Shown here: positions 29,301 through 37,251 of the stretch, piece after piece
Numbering within the stretch: the stretch's first letter is position 1
Layout of the letters: the number at the start of each line of letters is the position of its first letter
Source: Trichomonas gallinae
Taxonomy: Eukaryota
Assembly (NCBI GenBank): GCA_008369845.1
Contig: MRSU01000670.1
Coordinates: 1-45,883 of the forward strand
Direction: 5' to 3'
Length of the DNA stretch: 45,883 nt
The notes under the pieces: generated by a model
Database searches by the model: none
Told to the model about the DNA's origin: nothing
The model's input: the letters and a program-made list of their open reading frames with translations, nothing else
Translations under genes and position numbers: made by a program

Positions 29301-29536
29301 ATAACTTTTTGCTGACTTGACGTAGGCTTTTCAATATATAACAATTTCATTATTAGGAATTGATTTTTGATGAATATGTCTGGTTCCTCTGCAATTTCTT
29401 CTGGTAAAAATCCTGTTTCGAGAATTGTATTGAAAAGACGGACAAAACCAGGTAGAAGGTTCTCGAACTGTGCGAGGTCATCAATAAGATCTCTGCAAAT
29501 CGTGATCCAGTTATCAAATCCTTCTTCTGGATCCAT
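23396..29536 (-). CDS. Large ubiquitin-specific protease (clan CA, family C19; USP9/24/34-like architecture)
   Basis: Cys box GLVNLSATCYLNSSLQQ, EQQDAVEF, VHVKRFDY, His box GVVVHRG...GGHYVSYV...WTLFND; probable ubiquitin-like domain and helical extensions. Confidence 0.95.
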   Translation of the reverse strand: MDPEEGFDNWITICRDLIDDLAQFENLLPGFVRLFNTILETGFLPEEIAEEPDIFIKNQFLIMKLLYIEKPTSSQQKVIRKFFGYLLKLSLIGVGYGDQSLIDFATYLIARQDWPVYNSGRRHLYTQLCQMYIGMGAMDQLLEFMCERCQSFKLFNDSLAIYSVLSKVDESFDFDKVHIPLINATLRILDLSWTANGYLQLPQALEHFRTMLPEDKSFAELLVQNLSPILEKFIVQNSFDHKRIFLEILQKFIDDKWLAEPTAFFVKNHPDILKNFQFHTQFSEALGDILTGMAKYGLLEKEIIRKVWSFHSSRYDTEIEPFINMFVKMAETAKDDTMSELISCILSSDNTTKIWFNTVDKLIKKVGDRLNLTNEINEIKMKLWEIAFNPNHPCRKNGKESLLNIIGNKADMAIFKDIMREVERTDIDAETRIYCYRLMEDIIEKKLKVPEELFKQVAQRCVYNICNTRPIPDEFLSFLTNTYKNLRLNFEQELLNQIVALRTQSDKIYPFLISLCDNDLIDSEVLTAIINDIPKDEYDDGFYQFIERFLGILNFNQNDQITKLPMQNEDILWRFALEDSPMREQFVNLLCEFYDSNDGVELSDQAMVEHWIKKWSGLQTDDTRHLNLLISFIDCIENKIDTDIPSRIPDKQIIKLTAICNEPDFNISMDIGGNSTVGTVCEKIAKLRDVKVSTILAFYKGQELPRTKKLKEIGDFDSLTLDIKYRTSKKGKRSHKRTCWPTLYLKQTDYPQQFYIRLMNLNEKIIYDILNRMQTVDQANECLKPFIEGIDWRGPFIEDKPYFFLYNFTTFINYFLDENMKMKVTAVVNHFDADSYFLNILTNLRTHRFDEQPFLTIIYEILRLFRNFQSVKPENIGKLFFELLDLGKSLDQLEAEESKIMYSEIQKTIEYQFGNKKRALNIELNEMSYFNMLLLPDQRKRQIAKDAFDAIKIPPELFINTLSTCPEIYNEFITCLSDHLQDKSNPVFFMKLAEIFFGMIEKPDSKHLNIILKTIDRMLMFNLFPQDYKPRLTEFLINRFFTYDNDSERNESFHSAVNCLTKLVDVVDSSNERLLHKALMSHYDNLQPFSSFSSRNDACLISSAKRVGLVNLSATCYLNSSLQQIFAIPALRSIIINYRGDSDVLRELSHIFTRLQYSTCKSETTINMTKYFKWWGQPLNTKEQQDAVEFIDMLVTTHMMENKDIGKSVRELCQGRMRYHVDGMGVDYHDDTSTQDYTCLEVEITPETTKLSDCIEKLTRPNYFTDQTSKYNTETIGAINAIRRCFIDKAPPILIVHVKRFDYDHSKQQRIKINTHLEVPLELDITPAAEENMKCAPYKLNGVVVHRGITAQGGHYVSYVSRDDNTWTLFNDDDVSVVSKDAMFNETNGSDTSVGYILFYVHPEMLNEYELHPDPDVKAEIDHKNAENRLKTLYFNDNYYELMTCLSTLNSSAYDDILMNFAVKMLPFSPFCNKCQDFMSSLVPRVNPLFTDLLDESYFKVCTFTCPHDSYRKGFCSLIQASFSDQNVDKVFNMAFSQIDFLLTDSNHMDDTFHVLYAVMMSSEQAKNKYMPVIKERVSKFMIDDINKYLNENPQTGRQYFFSGLDMSYTLHICATFDAVPNELMNDAYLVDITKSVSTPESIAEYVRKFYSEEMFLNFIKNQCRQFRPHRLFTLLTAACPEKCVQTFLSMQIQAIKSDDIDVDRSTAIAICAATESVTKNAIITHRDTWIERFLFHENMNVRTNAVAIIAHIVGHEDMKILSSISINQEMYIQQPVFKVNDDIESIHILSNMFAQSLLVQIPALLKLLQTDVKTKKQQNAEAKPIRANEFVELIEKLINLTTAPLPLEQLSVLIGPISQLSIQCTAASTIFKIFMERDVPTSRESLIESVKGAKLGAKKSRSVCEFLENFIPYIRKLPQIPDEVINYFLAQVAFAKPKNIKPIHHMVEEFLKSLCQMKEYNSQVLQYIDSKFKQSCQQNLPNVCIALKILGEKRDVYQFFVECIDDGENVKSTDEIIDLVKDTNIKGMRRQTLVDALKGKDEDEQ

Positions 29537-30703
29537 CAATATTTTTTTCTTTCTAAAATTTTAGCATATTTGATATAGTATGTTTGTTACCCTTTTGTTT
29601 TCGCAATAAAAAATTGTTTTTGAGTATTGTCATGTAAATTTTAATCTAAGTTTAAAATATGACATTATGACTTGTAAACTCAATGTAAAGCAATATTTTC
29701 GCCAAAGTGACCAATTCTTTTCCAATGTGATGTAAGATTATTTTTACTTTAAATGACAATAAAATATGAATTGACAACTTTTGACATATGTGTTATAGGT
29801 CACTTTTATGGATACAAAACTTGTGGTATTCAATTTTTTTCCACTAAATGCTTCAATATCTAGCTATGTGGTGAGAACTGGACCTTGGCACTGTAGACAT
29901 ATATGTGCATATACAAGTATACTATATATAAGTCTATGATGATATCGACTGAAATACTCTCTATTTCTATATATGATGCTGTCAATACCTAGTTATATCA
30001 TAATTAGATAATTTTTCAAAGATTATTAAGTAATGATGAAGATACTAATTATGTTTTCTTTCACCTCCAATTTATTAATCCAATAATAAAATTTAAATCT
30101 ATTTTCTTAAAAAATCATCGAATTTTGATTAGCATTTCATTAACAGAATAGAATAAGAGATATTTTACAATGATGAACATCGATATATAGTTGATATTTA
30201 CTATTATCACATGTTAATCAATATAAGTTTCATTGATTATTTCTTCTATGATAATAAATTATCAAATCGATTTGATATCATATTTCTAAGACACTAGTTA
30301 ATGCCTATATATCAGGAGTCGCGATTGCTCGAACTCCTAGATTCTTTTGCTAATTTAAAAGATTTGTTTATTAAAATTAAGTTATATTGTCGTATGGTTA
30401 TGAGTATTTTAGTCCATTTCTCAAATATGACTTGTTATCAAATCTCTGCATTTATCCAAATCCATTGAAAGAGAAGATAAAAGACGTTTAAAAATTCAGA
30501 CAAAGGATCACAAAAGTGTCATTCAATTTTTAATCCTTCCTTTGAATTTTTTATAAGTTTTTCTCTCTAAGTCATTTTTCATTAATTTTGCTAAATATCT
30601 CGATTAAGTCCTCGAAAATAGACAAATAAACATATTTTAAAGGTGATTTTATTAAAATTTTGGTCAAATGAAATTGAATCAGCACTGTAAATCAAAAATT
30701 TAG

Positions 30704-32236
30704 ATGAGCCAGAGCAGCGAATACCCTCAAGTTGTTGTGGAAGAGACAGAAAAAGACCAACTCGACAACCAACAGGAGAATAAAGACGACGAACATAAGA
30801 GATTGGGAGGATATTCACCATTATCAACATTAATTCGTTTGTCTCCTGGTCCTTTGATCTCACAATTCGTCAATTCTCTGTATGGTGTTGTAGATTCGAT
30901 GTGGGTGTCTCGATTTATCGGTGAAATTGGACTTACAGCATTATCTTTGGCGTATATTATCGACAATTCTGCAATATCATTCGGTTTCTTTATTTCTACA
31001 GCTGCATCATCACAAATTTCCTACCTTTTCTCGCACAAAGCCTATGAAAGAATTTCGCATTTGACAATTGATCTGATGAAAGTTTCTTTAATCTTTGCAA
31101 TGATTGTTCCAACGATTTTATTCCCAGTTGCCTATCCACTATTCAAGTTTTTAGGTGGAACTGGTACTGTGAATAAGCTCGCATTCGATTACATTATTCC
31201 TTTACTCTCAATGAATTTGATTACTTGCTTATATCATTGCATATGTGGTGTCCTACAGGCTGAAGGTAGAACATGGACCTATGGCGCTGCCCAAATTTCC
31301 TCGATGATTTTAAATATGGCACTTTGGGATCCTTTGCTATTGTATCTCACAAAAAGAACACTGGGATCTTCACTTGCCACGGAAATTTCTATGTTAATTC
31401 CTGCATCAATTATTCTGATTTTATTATTCTGCGGAAAATTCTCAACAAAGCCAAATCCGATGTATTTCTTCAAATGCTTTAGTAAGGACACATGGTTAGC
31501 ATTAAAGACAGGACTTTCAGCATTTATTATGAATATTTCGATTTCTCTTCCTTCTCTTATCATGCAGAAGTTTATCGCCATTCGTGCAAACAGAGTTAAT
31601 CAATATGATATGATTGTCGCTGTTTATAATGCATTATGCAGAATTTACACGATAGCTTTATGTGTTCCCATGGCTTTGAACGCAGCATATCTACCAGCAA
31701 CATCATATGCATTCGGTCGTAAGGATTACAAGAGAATTTTGCGTTTGACATGGCATATTGTTTGGATTTCCATTACTTGGGGGTTATTGGTAACAATGAT
31801 TGTTTGTATCTGGCCAAAAGAGATTTGTATGATATGGAGCCGCAATGATGAGTTCTTATATTGGTCAAAACAAATAGTCCCAATTTCTTTTTATTCAATT
31901 TCACTTACATCGCTTAAATTTATTGTCGTTTCTCTTCTTCAGGCCTCACAAAAGACAATGCTTGCTGCAATTACTAGTTTTACCACTGAATTAGGAATCT
32001 TACCAATAATGGCTTGCATTTTCCATTTTACTGGCGATCCGAACTCACCAGAATGGCTGTTCTATGCTTATCCATGCTCAGATGCAATTACAACGCTTTG
32101 CTCAGTTAGTGTTTCAATTCCAACTTTAATTCATTATTATAGAGAGTCTAAGAAACAAAACAACGAACAAAAAGATGGAATACAAGAGAAGAATGAAGAG
32201 GAAAGCGACGATCTTCGTGTTATCAAAGAATTATAA
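30704..32236 (+). CDS. MATE-family multidrug efflux transporter
   Basis: PLSTLIRLSPG, LYGVVDSMWVSRFIG, GVLQAEG, LNMALWDPL, SYAFGRKDYKRI; about 12 hydrophobic segments. Confidence 0.93.
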   Translation: MSQSSEYPQVVVEETEKDQLDNQQENKDDEHKRLGGYSPLSTLIRLSPGPLISQFVNSLYGVVDSMWVSRFIGEIGLTALSLAYIIDNSAISFGFFISTAASSQISYLFSHKAYERISHLTIDLMKVSLIFAMIVPTILFPVAYPLFKFLGGTGTVNKLAFDYIIPLLSMNLITCLYHCICGVLQAEGRTWTYGAAQISSMILNMALWDPLLLYLTKRTLGSSLATEISMLIPASIILILLFCGKFSTKPNPMYFFKCFSKDTWLALKTGLSAFIMNISISLPSLIMQKFIAIRANRVNQYDMIVAVYNALCRIYTIALCVPMALNAAYLPATSYAFGRKDYKRILRLTWHIVWISITWGLLVTMIVCIWPKEICMIWSRNDEFLYWSKQIVPISFYSISLTSLKFIVVSLLQASQKTMLAAITSFTTELGILPIMACIFHFTGDPNSPEWLFYAYPCSDAITTLCSVSVSIPTLIHYYRESKKQNNEQKDGIQEKNEEESDDLRVIKEL

Positions 32237-32287
32237 TTATATTTTGTTTTTATTTATATTATATAGAAAGTAAATATTACTATTCGG

Positions 32288-32728
32288 CTATAATATGTCT
32301 TTTGTTGACACATTCATCAGATGAGATAAAGTTTTTAAGGATTTCTCGAGGAAAACTGTATAACTGAGCGATGGATCAGGTTGCGAAGAGTGGAGCTGCT
32401 GCAGAGCAACGTCTAATCGCAAATTAAATGTATGCCAAAGCGGATGATTGGAAACGTTCGGAATCTCTGGCAAGCTCTTCGGTTGTCCACCAAAGAATCA
32501 CAGTATTCTGCAAGCTAGGAAGAAATTTGCAGCTAAATACGAGATTGATGATGCTGTTCTGAAGACTCTCATGAATAAATCAGGTGGAAACACTTCGAAT
32601 GCCATAGCTTCGACAAGTCTGTCAAGAATAAGACTGATATCGTCTAATATATTATTTGGTGAGCTTCTGAAAAAGTCTGTATTGAGTGGCCCGTTCTTAA
32701 AACAGTAGTAGTGTCGAGAACTGATTGA
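32288..32728 (-). pseudogene. Internal fragment of a second Raptor paralogue with an in-frame TGA
   Basis: Hand translation: SRHYYCFKNGPL...ILDRLVEAMAFEVFPPDLFMRVFR...NFFLACRIL*FFGGQPKSLPEIPNVSNHPLWHTFNLRLDVALQQL. It is colinear with the intact Raptor in this window. Stop at 32498-32500; no 5' or 3' parts of the gene. Confidence 0.88.
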
Positions 32729-32861
32729 TCAATTAAGCAAAACAAAACAATAATAACTAATCAATCAGTAATGCTTTAGTTAATTGTTTTTGACATTGTA
32801 AATTAATAATTTTTGACGTTACATGACAAAATCTCTTTTTTGACAACATAAATTTTTTTGA

Positions 32862-33833
32862 ATGGCAAATGAAATTCAAAAACAATATTTCACGAAAATC
32901 AAGGACGGTACATTCGATGTTAAGGCAGCGGATATGAATATCCTGAGAGAATTACAGTTTGAAGGCGACTTCGGAACACAATTTAATCAAATATTCTTAA
33001 ATAAATCTAAAATTCAACATGTTGCAGCATTTTACGGACAAACACAGATTTTACTAGACATATGCAATCACAGAACTGATAATAATCTTGCTTTGACCGA
33101 AACAGATAATGTCGGACGAACGCCTCTGCATTACGCAGCCGCTGGAGGTCATATAGACGTAGTTATGATGATTGTCCAAAAAACTGGCGATCTTAGCGTT
33201 AAAGATCGAAACCTTCGTTCGATTGTCCATTACGCATGCCAATACGGCCACGTTAATATACTAAGGTGGGCAAATTCTAAAGGGCTGAAGCTTAATGATA
33301 ATTCGAGGGATGGATACCCAATACATCTTGCATGCTTCCATCAACACTTTGATGTCATAGAATACTTATGCAAGCATAATGTAGATGTCAACCAGGAATG
33401 CACAAGGTTAGATAAAAGGATTACACCGATAGAAATTGCTATTAAAGTTATTCCAGAAGCTGTGCCTCTGCTTGTTCTTCATGGAGCAGATATGTATGTG
33501 ACGAATCTGCATGTGCCTATAATGTTTATTTGCATTCAACAAAAAAATGAATATTTAGTCGAATTATTATTAAAATTGAATTACGACCCAAATCGTTCAG
33601 ATTCACTTGGATGGACACCTTTGCATCTCGCGTGCTCTCTCTTTTGTCCAAAAATCATTTTACTTCTTTTGGAATATAATGCAAATCCTCTTGCTGAAAC
33701 AAAAGAAGGCGCAACACCGTTTTTACTCGCTAAAAATAGATGCATTACGGAAGATGATAAAATAATTCTTGCAAAATTGCAAAGGAGAATTGAAAAAAAT
33801 GATGATGAAAATGCTCTTCCAATATTATATTAA
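32862..33833 (+). CDS. Ankyrin-repeat protein, 323 aa
   Basis: GRTPLHYAAAGGH, GYPIHLAC, GWTPLHLAC, GATPFLLA; stop within TAAA. Confidence 0.95.
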   Translation: MANEIQKQYFTKIKDGTFDVKAADMNILRELQFEGDFGTQFNQIFLNKSKIQHVAAFYGQTQILLDICNHRTDNNLALTETDNVGRTPLHYAAAGGHIDVVMMIVQKTGDLSVKDRNLRSIVHYACQYGHVNILRWANSKGLKLNDNSRDGYPIHLACFHQHFDVIEYLCKHNVDVNQECTRLDKRITPIEIAIKVIPEAVPLLVLHGADMYVTNLHVPIMFICIQQKNEYLVELLLKLNYDPNRSDSLGWTPLHLACSLFCPKIILLLLEYNANPLAETKEGATPFLLAKNRCITEDDKIILAKLQRRIEKNDDENALPILY

Positions 33834-33870
33834 AGCGTATGTTTGTTTGAATTTAATGTTTGTTTCAAAT

Positions 33871-35163
33871 CTATTCTGGTTTCGACAACTTCTTGAACCT
33901 GTTTGAGATCAGTTTAGACAAAAATCCTTTTGTTTCAGAGTTCGAAGAGTTTTGATTTTGTATTTCTACCATTTTTTGCAATTTCTTCTGCTGAATCTGA
34001 TCAGCTGCGTTTTTAAGTATTTGCTGTATATCTCCTGACACGCTAATATCTCCTTCTATCACACAAGAAAAAATACTCCTGGTGTGGTCAGGAGAAATAA
34101 GCAGTGGATCAGCACCCATTGATACGAGAAACTTGATGAATTCGACGGTGCAAAATCTAGGACTAGTCAGTGCTTCAGACAAAACAGAATTATCTGACTG
34201 ATCCAGTTTGTTAATATTTACGCCCTGCTTGACAAGTGTCTTAATGACAAATATCGATGCGCTTAAATCAATGAGAGAATTCAGCGCGTAAAAAATTGCA
34301 GTCCTTCCATGTTCATCGATCGCGTTATAATCGACGCCATTTTCTAAAAGCATTTTCAACAGGTTGGGATTCCCTATTGAAGCGCAAATATGGCATAAAG
34401 TGATATCCTGAGGCCCCCTCAGTTTTAAGTCAGCGCCAACTCTTATGAGTGTCTTCACTGTTTCCAGTTTATTCAGCTGCAAAGCAAGCATCAGTGGAAA
34501 TTCGCCTGTCGACGTCCTCGCGTTGACATTAAAGCCAAATCTCACTAAAGTTTCAATTCCTTGATCAAGGCCTAGTGACACTGCTTGGAATAGAGGGGAT
34601 TTACCTACTTCTGACTCGATATTATAACCATTCTGTAGTAGTAATTCGAAGATTTCGTAATTCTGCATTTCTATCGCTATAACTAATGGATTGTTATTAC
34701 CTTGATTATCAAATATTGGATCAGCAACATCTCTATCTATAAGAAATTTAACCATGCGATAATTTCCTGTGCATGTAGCAAGATATATTGGAGATTTTCC
34801 CATTATATTTTCTTTCAAACTTGCTCCAAGAGAATGCAAGAATTGTAAGCATTCTAAGCTTTGTCCAACGATTGCATATGGAATTGGTGATATTCCTGAT
34901 CCAGATTTTACATTTAAATCATCAGTAACTCTATAGAGCTCTAATAAGCATTCCAATGAGTCATAGAACGTAATAATATGCGCGAGACTTAATGATGTCA
35001 TAGGCAAACCTTGAAATAACTCAACTCTCGTTTCATAATTAACTAATGAGTAAACAGCTTCTCGATTTATCAGCCCTTCGCCCTTGGGATGGTCCTCCTT
35101 CAGTATGCGCTTGAACTTGATGCTGTTGTTCTCTGTGATTGTCTTAAAAAGATCTCGATTCAA
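33871..35163 (-). CDS. Ankyrin-repeat protein; start uncertain (TTG at 35163 or ATG at 35001)
   Basis: GISPIPYA, GKSPIYLA, GKSPLFQA, GEFPLMLA, GRTAIFYA repeats. There is no in-frame ATG upstream of 35001. Confidence 0.85.
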   Translation of the reverse strand: MNRDLFKTITENNSIKFKRILKEDHPKGEGLINREAVYSLVNYETRVELFQGLPMTSLSLAHIITFYDSLECLLELYRVTDDLNVKSGSGISPIPYAIVGQSLECLQFLHSLGASLKENIMGKSPIYLATCTGNYRMVKFLIDRDVADPIFDNQGNNNPLVIAIEMQNYEIFELLLQNGYNIESEVGKSPLFQAVSLGLDQGIETLVRFGFNVNARTSTGEFPLMLALQLNKLETVKTLIRVGADLKLRGPQDITLCHICASIGNPNLLKMLLENGVDYNAIDEHGRTAIFYALNSLIDLSASIFVIKTLVKQGVNINKLDQSDNSVLSEALTSPRFCTVEFIKFLVSMGADPLLISPDHTRSIFSCVIEGDISVSGDIQQILKNAADQIQQKKLQKMVEIQNQNSSNSETKGFLSKLISNRFKKLSKPE

Positions 35164-35186
35164 AATTATTAAACGTGCACTTTTCC

Positions 35187-36638
35187 ATGGAAATCTTTCC
35201 AAGCGGATACAAGCGATTTGGGAAGTCAATAGAGATATTCGATGAGTCACTGCTGTCCACTGATATAGACTTGTCGCTCGAATTCGGACAAGAACAGAAT
35301 CCCGAGGAAGATGTTGATGAATCAAGGCCACCAATTGAGTATTATTCAGATTTCATGCAAGCATACAATGAAAGAAGATATTCTTGGCTGAATGATTGCC
35401 TTTCCAGCTTAATTGGCTTCACGCAAAAGGTTGAAATATTGGATACTCAGGAATTAGTTACACAGGGCGTTCTAGGTGCTTTAATAGACCTTGCAAAGAA
35501 CGGCGACATTGATTTTGCCTTCAAATCTTTTTGCGTTTTGATCAATATTTCAGCAAGAGCAAATCCTTTAAATGATCCACTTAATACTGATAAATTCTTC
35601 AATTTCTTATGCCAGATGATGAATGGAGGAGATTTAGACATGAAAATCTTTAGTTGCGTTTTGAGATGCTTCAGCAATTACGCAGAGAACTCGGAAATCA
35701 ACAGAAATAAAGTCCTTGAAGTATTTCCAATCAACAGACTTGAAGTAATTTTCTTGCAAAGCAAAGATGTCTCAGTTCAGCGCGAAATCATTCATTTAGT
35801 TTACATTTACACCAAGCACCCGATAGATCCTCAAAATGGCTCACAAATCATTACTTTATGCCAAAATGTTTTAATTCATGAATATTCAAGTTACTTCGAT
35901 TATGCACTTTGGGCCCTGTTATGCATCCTAAGACAGCATGACGCTGCTCTAGCGATGATATTTACTGATGAAATCGCAGATCAAGTTTGCAAATTAGTTG
36001 GAAGCTCAACAAATAAAATTAGATGCCCAGTACTTTTAATATTGGGCTTCTTCCTCGAAGCAGGCAACCCAGTCAATAATTTAAGGTACAAAGATGTTAC
36101 AGAATGTTATACATCAGAAGATGTCAACATTCAGTTAAACTCATTCTATGTAACAAAGTTCCTAGCTAAAGTGATGCCTGAGAAGATAGAGAAGCTTATC
36201 AATGCAGACTTCTTTAATCAAATTTACTATGTTCTTCATGATGACTTCAAATTCACAACAAAAATAGAAGCAGCGAAGCTGTTTAACTTCATCATCTCTT
36301 CAGGAGGTAAGTCTATCCTTGAAAGACTTTGCGTTAATGGTGCAGTCACACAATTCATTTATTTCTTTGAGTTTGAAGATAATGAGCTTATTCTTGATAC
36401 TCTAAACACAATGTACAAGCTGTTTGAAAACGAGAATATCATTGAACCAAATCTTTTCAAGATGATGTTATCACGCTTCAAAACAATTGGTGGCTTTGAA
36501 GCTGTTTTGGCTTTGCATGATCTAGGAAACGATGAAATCTCAGCTGAAGTTGATTTGCTTCAAGAAAATATATTTGATAATCTTGATATTGAAGAAATAC
36601 CATTAGAAGTTGATTCCGATGACAACGATGACGAATAA
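35187..36638 (+). CDS. ARM-repeat protein (importin-alpha-like fold) with an acidic tail
   Basis: LVTQGVLGALIDL, ALWALLCI, NGAVTQFIYFF, GGFEAVLAL..N.EI resemble importin-alpha ARM blocks. First ATG at 35187. Confidence 0.85.
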   Translation: MEIFPSGYKRFGKSIEIFDESLLSTDIDLSLEFGQEQNPEEDVDESRPPIEYYSDFMQAYNERRYSWLNDCLSSLIGFTQKVEILDTQELVTQGVLGALIDLAKNGDIDFAFKSFCVLINISARANPLNDPLNTDKFFNFLCQMMNGGDLDMKIFSCVLRCFSNYAENSEINRNKVLEVFPINRLEVIFLQSKDVSVQREIIHLVYIYTKHPIDPQNGSQIITLCQNVLIHEYSSYFDYALWALLCILRQHDAALAMIFTDEIADQVCKLVGSSTNKIRCPVLLILGFFLEAGNPVNNLRYKDVTECYTSEDVNIQLNSFYVTKFLAKVMPEKIEKLINADFFNQIYYVLHDDFKFTTKIEAAKLFNFIISSGGKSILERLCVNGAVTQFIYFFEFEDNELILDTLNTMYKLFENENIIEPNLFKMMLSRFKTIGGFEAVLALHDLGNDEISAEVDLLQENIFDNLDIEEIPLEVDSDDNDDE

Positions 36639-37110
36639 GACTGATGTTATATCATATACTATTGTATAAATTGTTATTTTCAAAATATATTTTTAATTTT
36701 GGTGAATTAATTGACAAATAAGACTTCTAAGGTATATGCATATAAATTTTAAGAGTTAAAATGAACTCCGACATGCAAATTCTTATCAATACTGCTTAAG
36801 TGTGTTACAACCTTAATTTCCTGCAGACACGAGCCATTTGGAATTTAAGGCTGTGGGAAGCAATCTTTAGGCATGTCTTAGAGTTACAATCAAGTGATTT
36901 TTCCGTTTTCGTAAGTTATTAAAATGGTGTAATATAGACACATATAGTTTCACTTTTTCCTATATAACATTAGGTATTTCTTATCAATGAATTGAAATTT
37001 CATTAAAATTGCAAGTTTTGGCCTCTTTTTGAACAGAAACGCTATTCTTTGCCATCTAGATGATGAAAATCATAATGGAACAATTTTTAAATATTTTTTT
37101 TTATTTTGCT

Positions 37111-37127
37111 AACCGCTTCATCTCACA
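37111..37127 (+). promoter_or_regulatory. M3-like element (AACCGCTT) and Inr-like TCATC/TCACA upstream of the microprotein gene
   Basis: AACCGCTT at 37111-37118 fits DRCSGYTD; TCACA lies ~10 nt before the ATG at 37138. Confidence 0.55.
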
Positions 37128-37137
37128 TAAAAAAATA

Positions 37138-37251
37138 ATGGACGCTGCAGACGTTGTCGCCATCGTTGTTGGTGTTGGCCTTCTCGTTGTTATCGGACTT
37201 GCCGGCCTTGGCTGGTATCTCCGCAAGGACACAACAAAGGGAACAAACTAA
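37138..37251 (+). CDS. 37-aa single-TM microprotein resembling SMIM30/DUF4730
   Basis: MDAADVVAIVVGVGLLVVIGLAGLGWYLRKDTTKGTN; GC-rich, codon-biased island (GAC, GTC, GCC, ATC, GGC, CTC, CGC, AAG, AAC); AAAAATA-ATG context; core promoter motifs present. Confidence 0.85.
   Translation: MDAADVVAIVVGVGLLVVIGLAGLGWYLRKDTTKGTN

Noticed and set aside
29868..29952. Possible box C/D snoRNA (GTGGTGA...ATGATGA...CTGA)
   Set aside because: Box C is imperfect, only 5 nt separate ATGATGA from CTGA, and there is no convincing guide or terminal stem.
32498..32500. TGA recoding (Trp/Sec) or a variant genetic code in the Raptor fragment
   Set aside because: TGA terminates intact genes here (Vps35, USP), no long gene has internal stops, and the fragment lacks both ends; a nonsense mutation is simpler.
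35120..35188. A short intron joining the minus-strand ATG at 35188 to the ankyrin frame
   Set aside because: No GT..AG pair I tried both restores the frame and carries the trichomonad CTAAC-type branch fused to the 3' splice site.
36846..36863. SRP RNA helix-8-like AGG...AGCA
   Set aside because: The spacing is 8 nt rather than 10, and there is no GNRA-capped stem.
37060..37137. 26-codon N-terminal extension of the microprotein ORF
   Set aside because: AT-rich with a T run, and it contains the M3/Inr-like elements; coding-type bias begins at the ATG at 37138.
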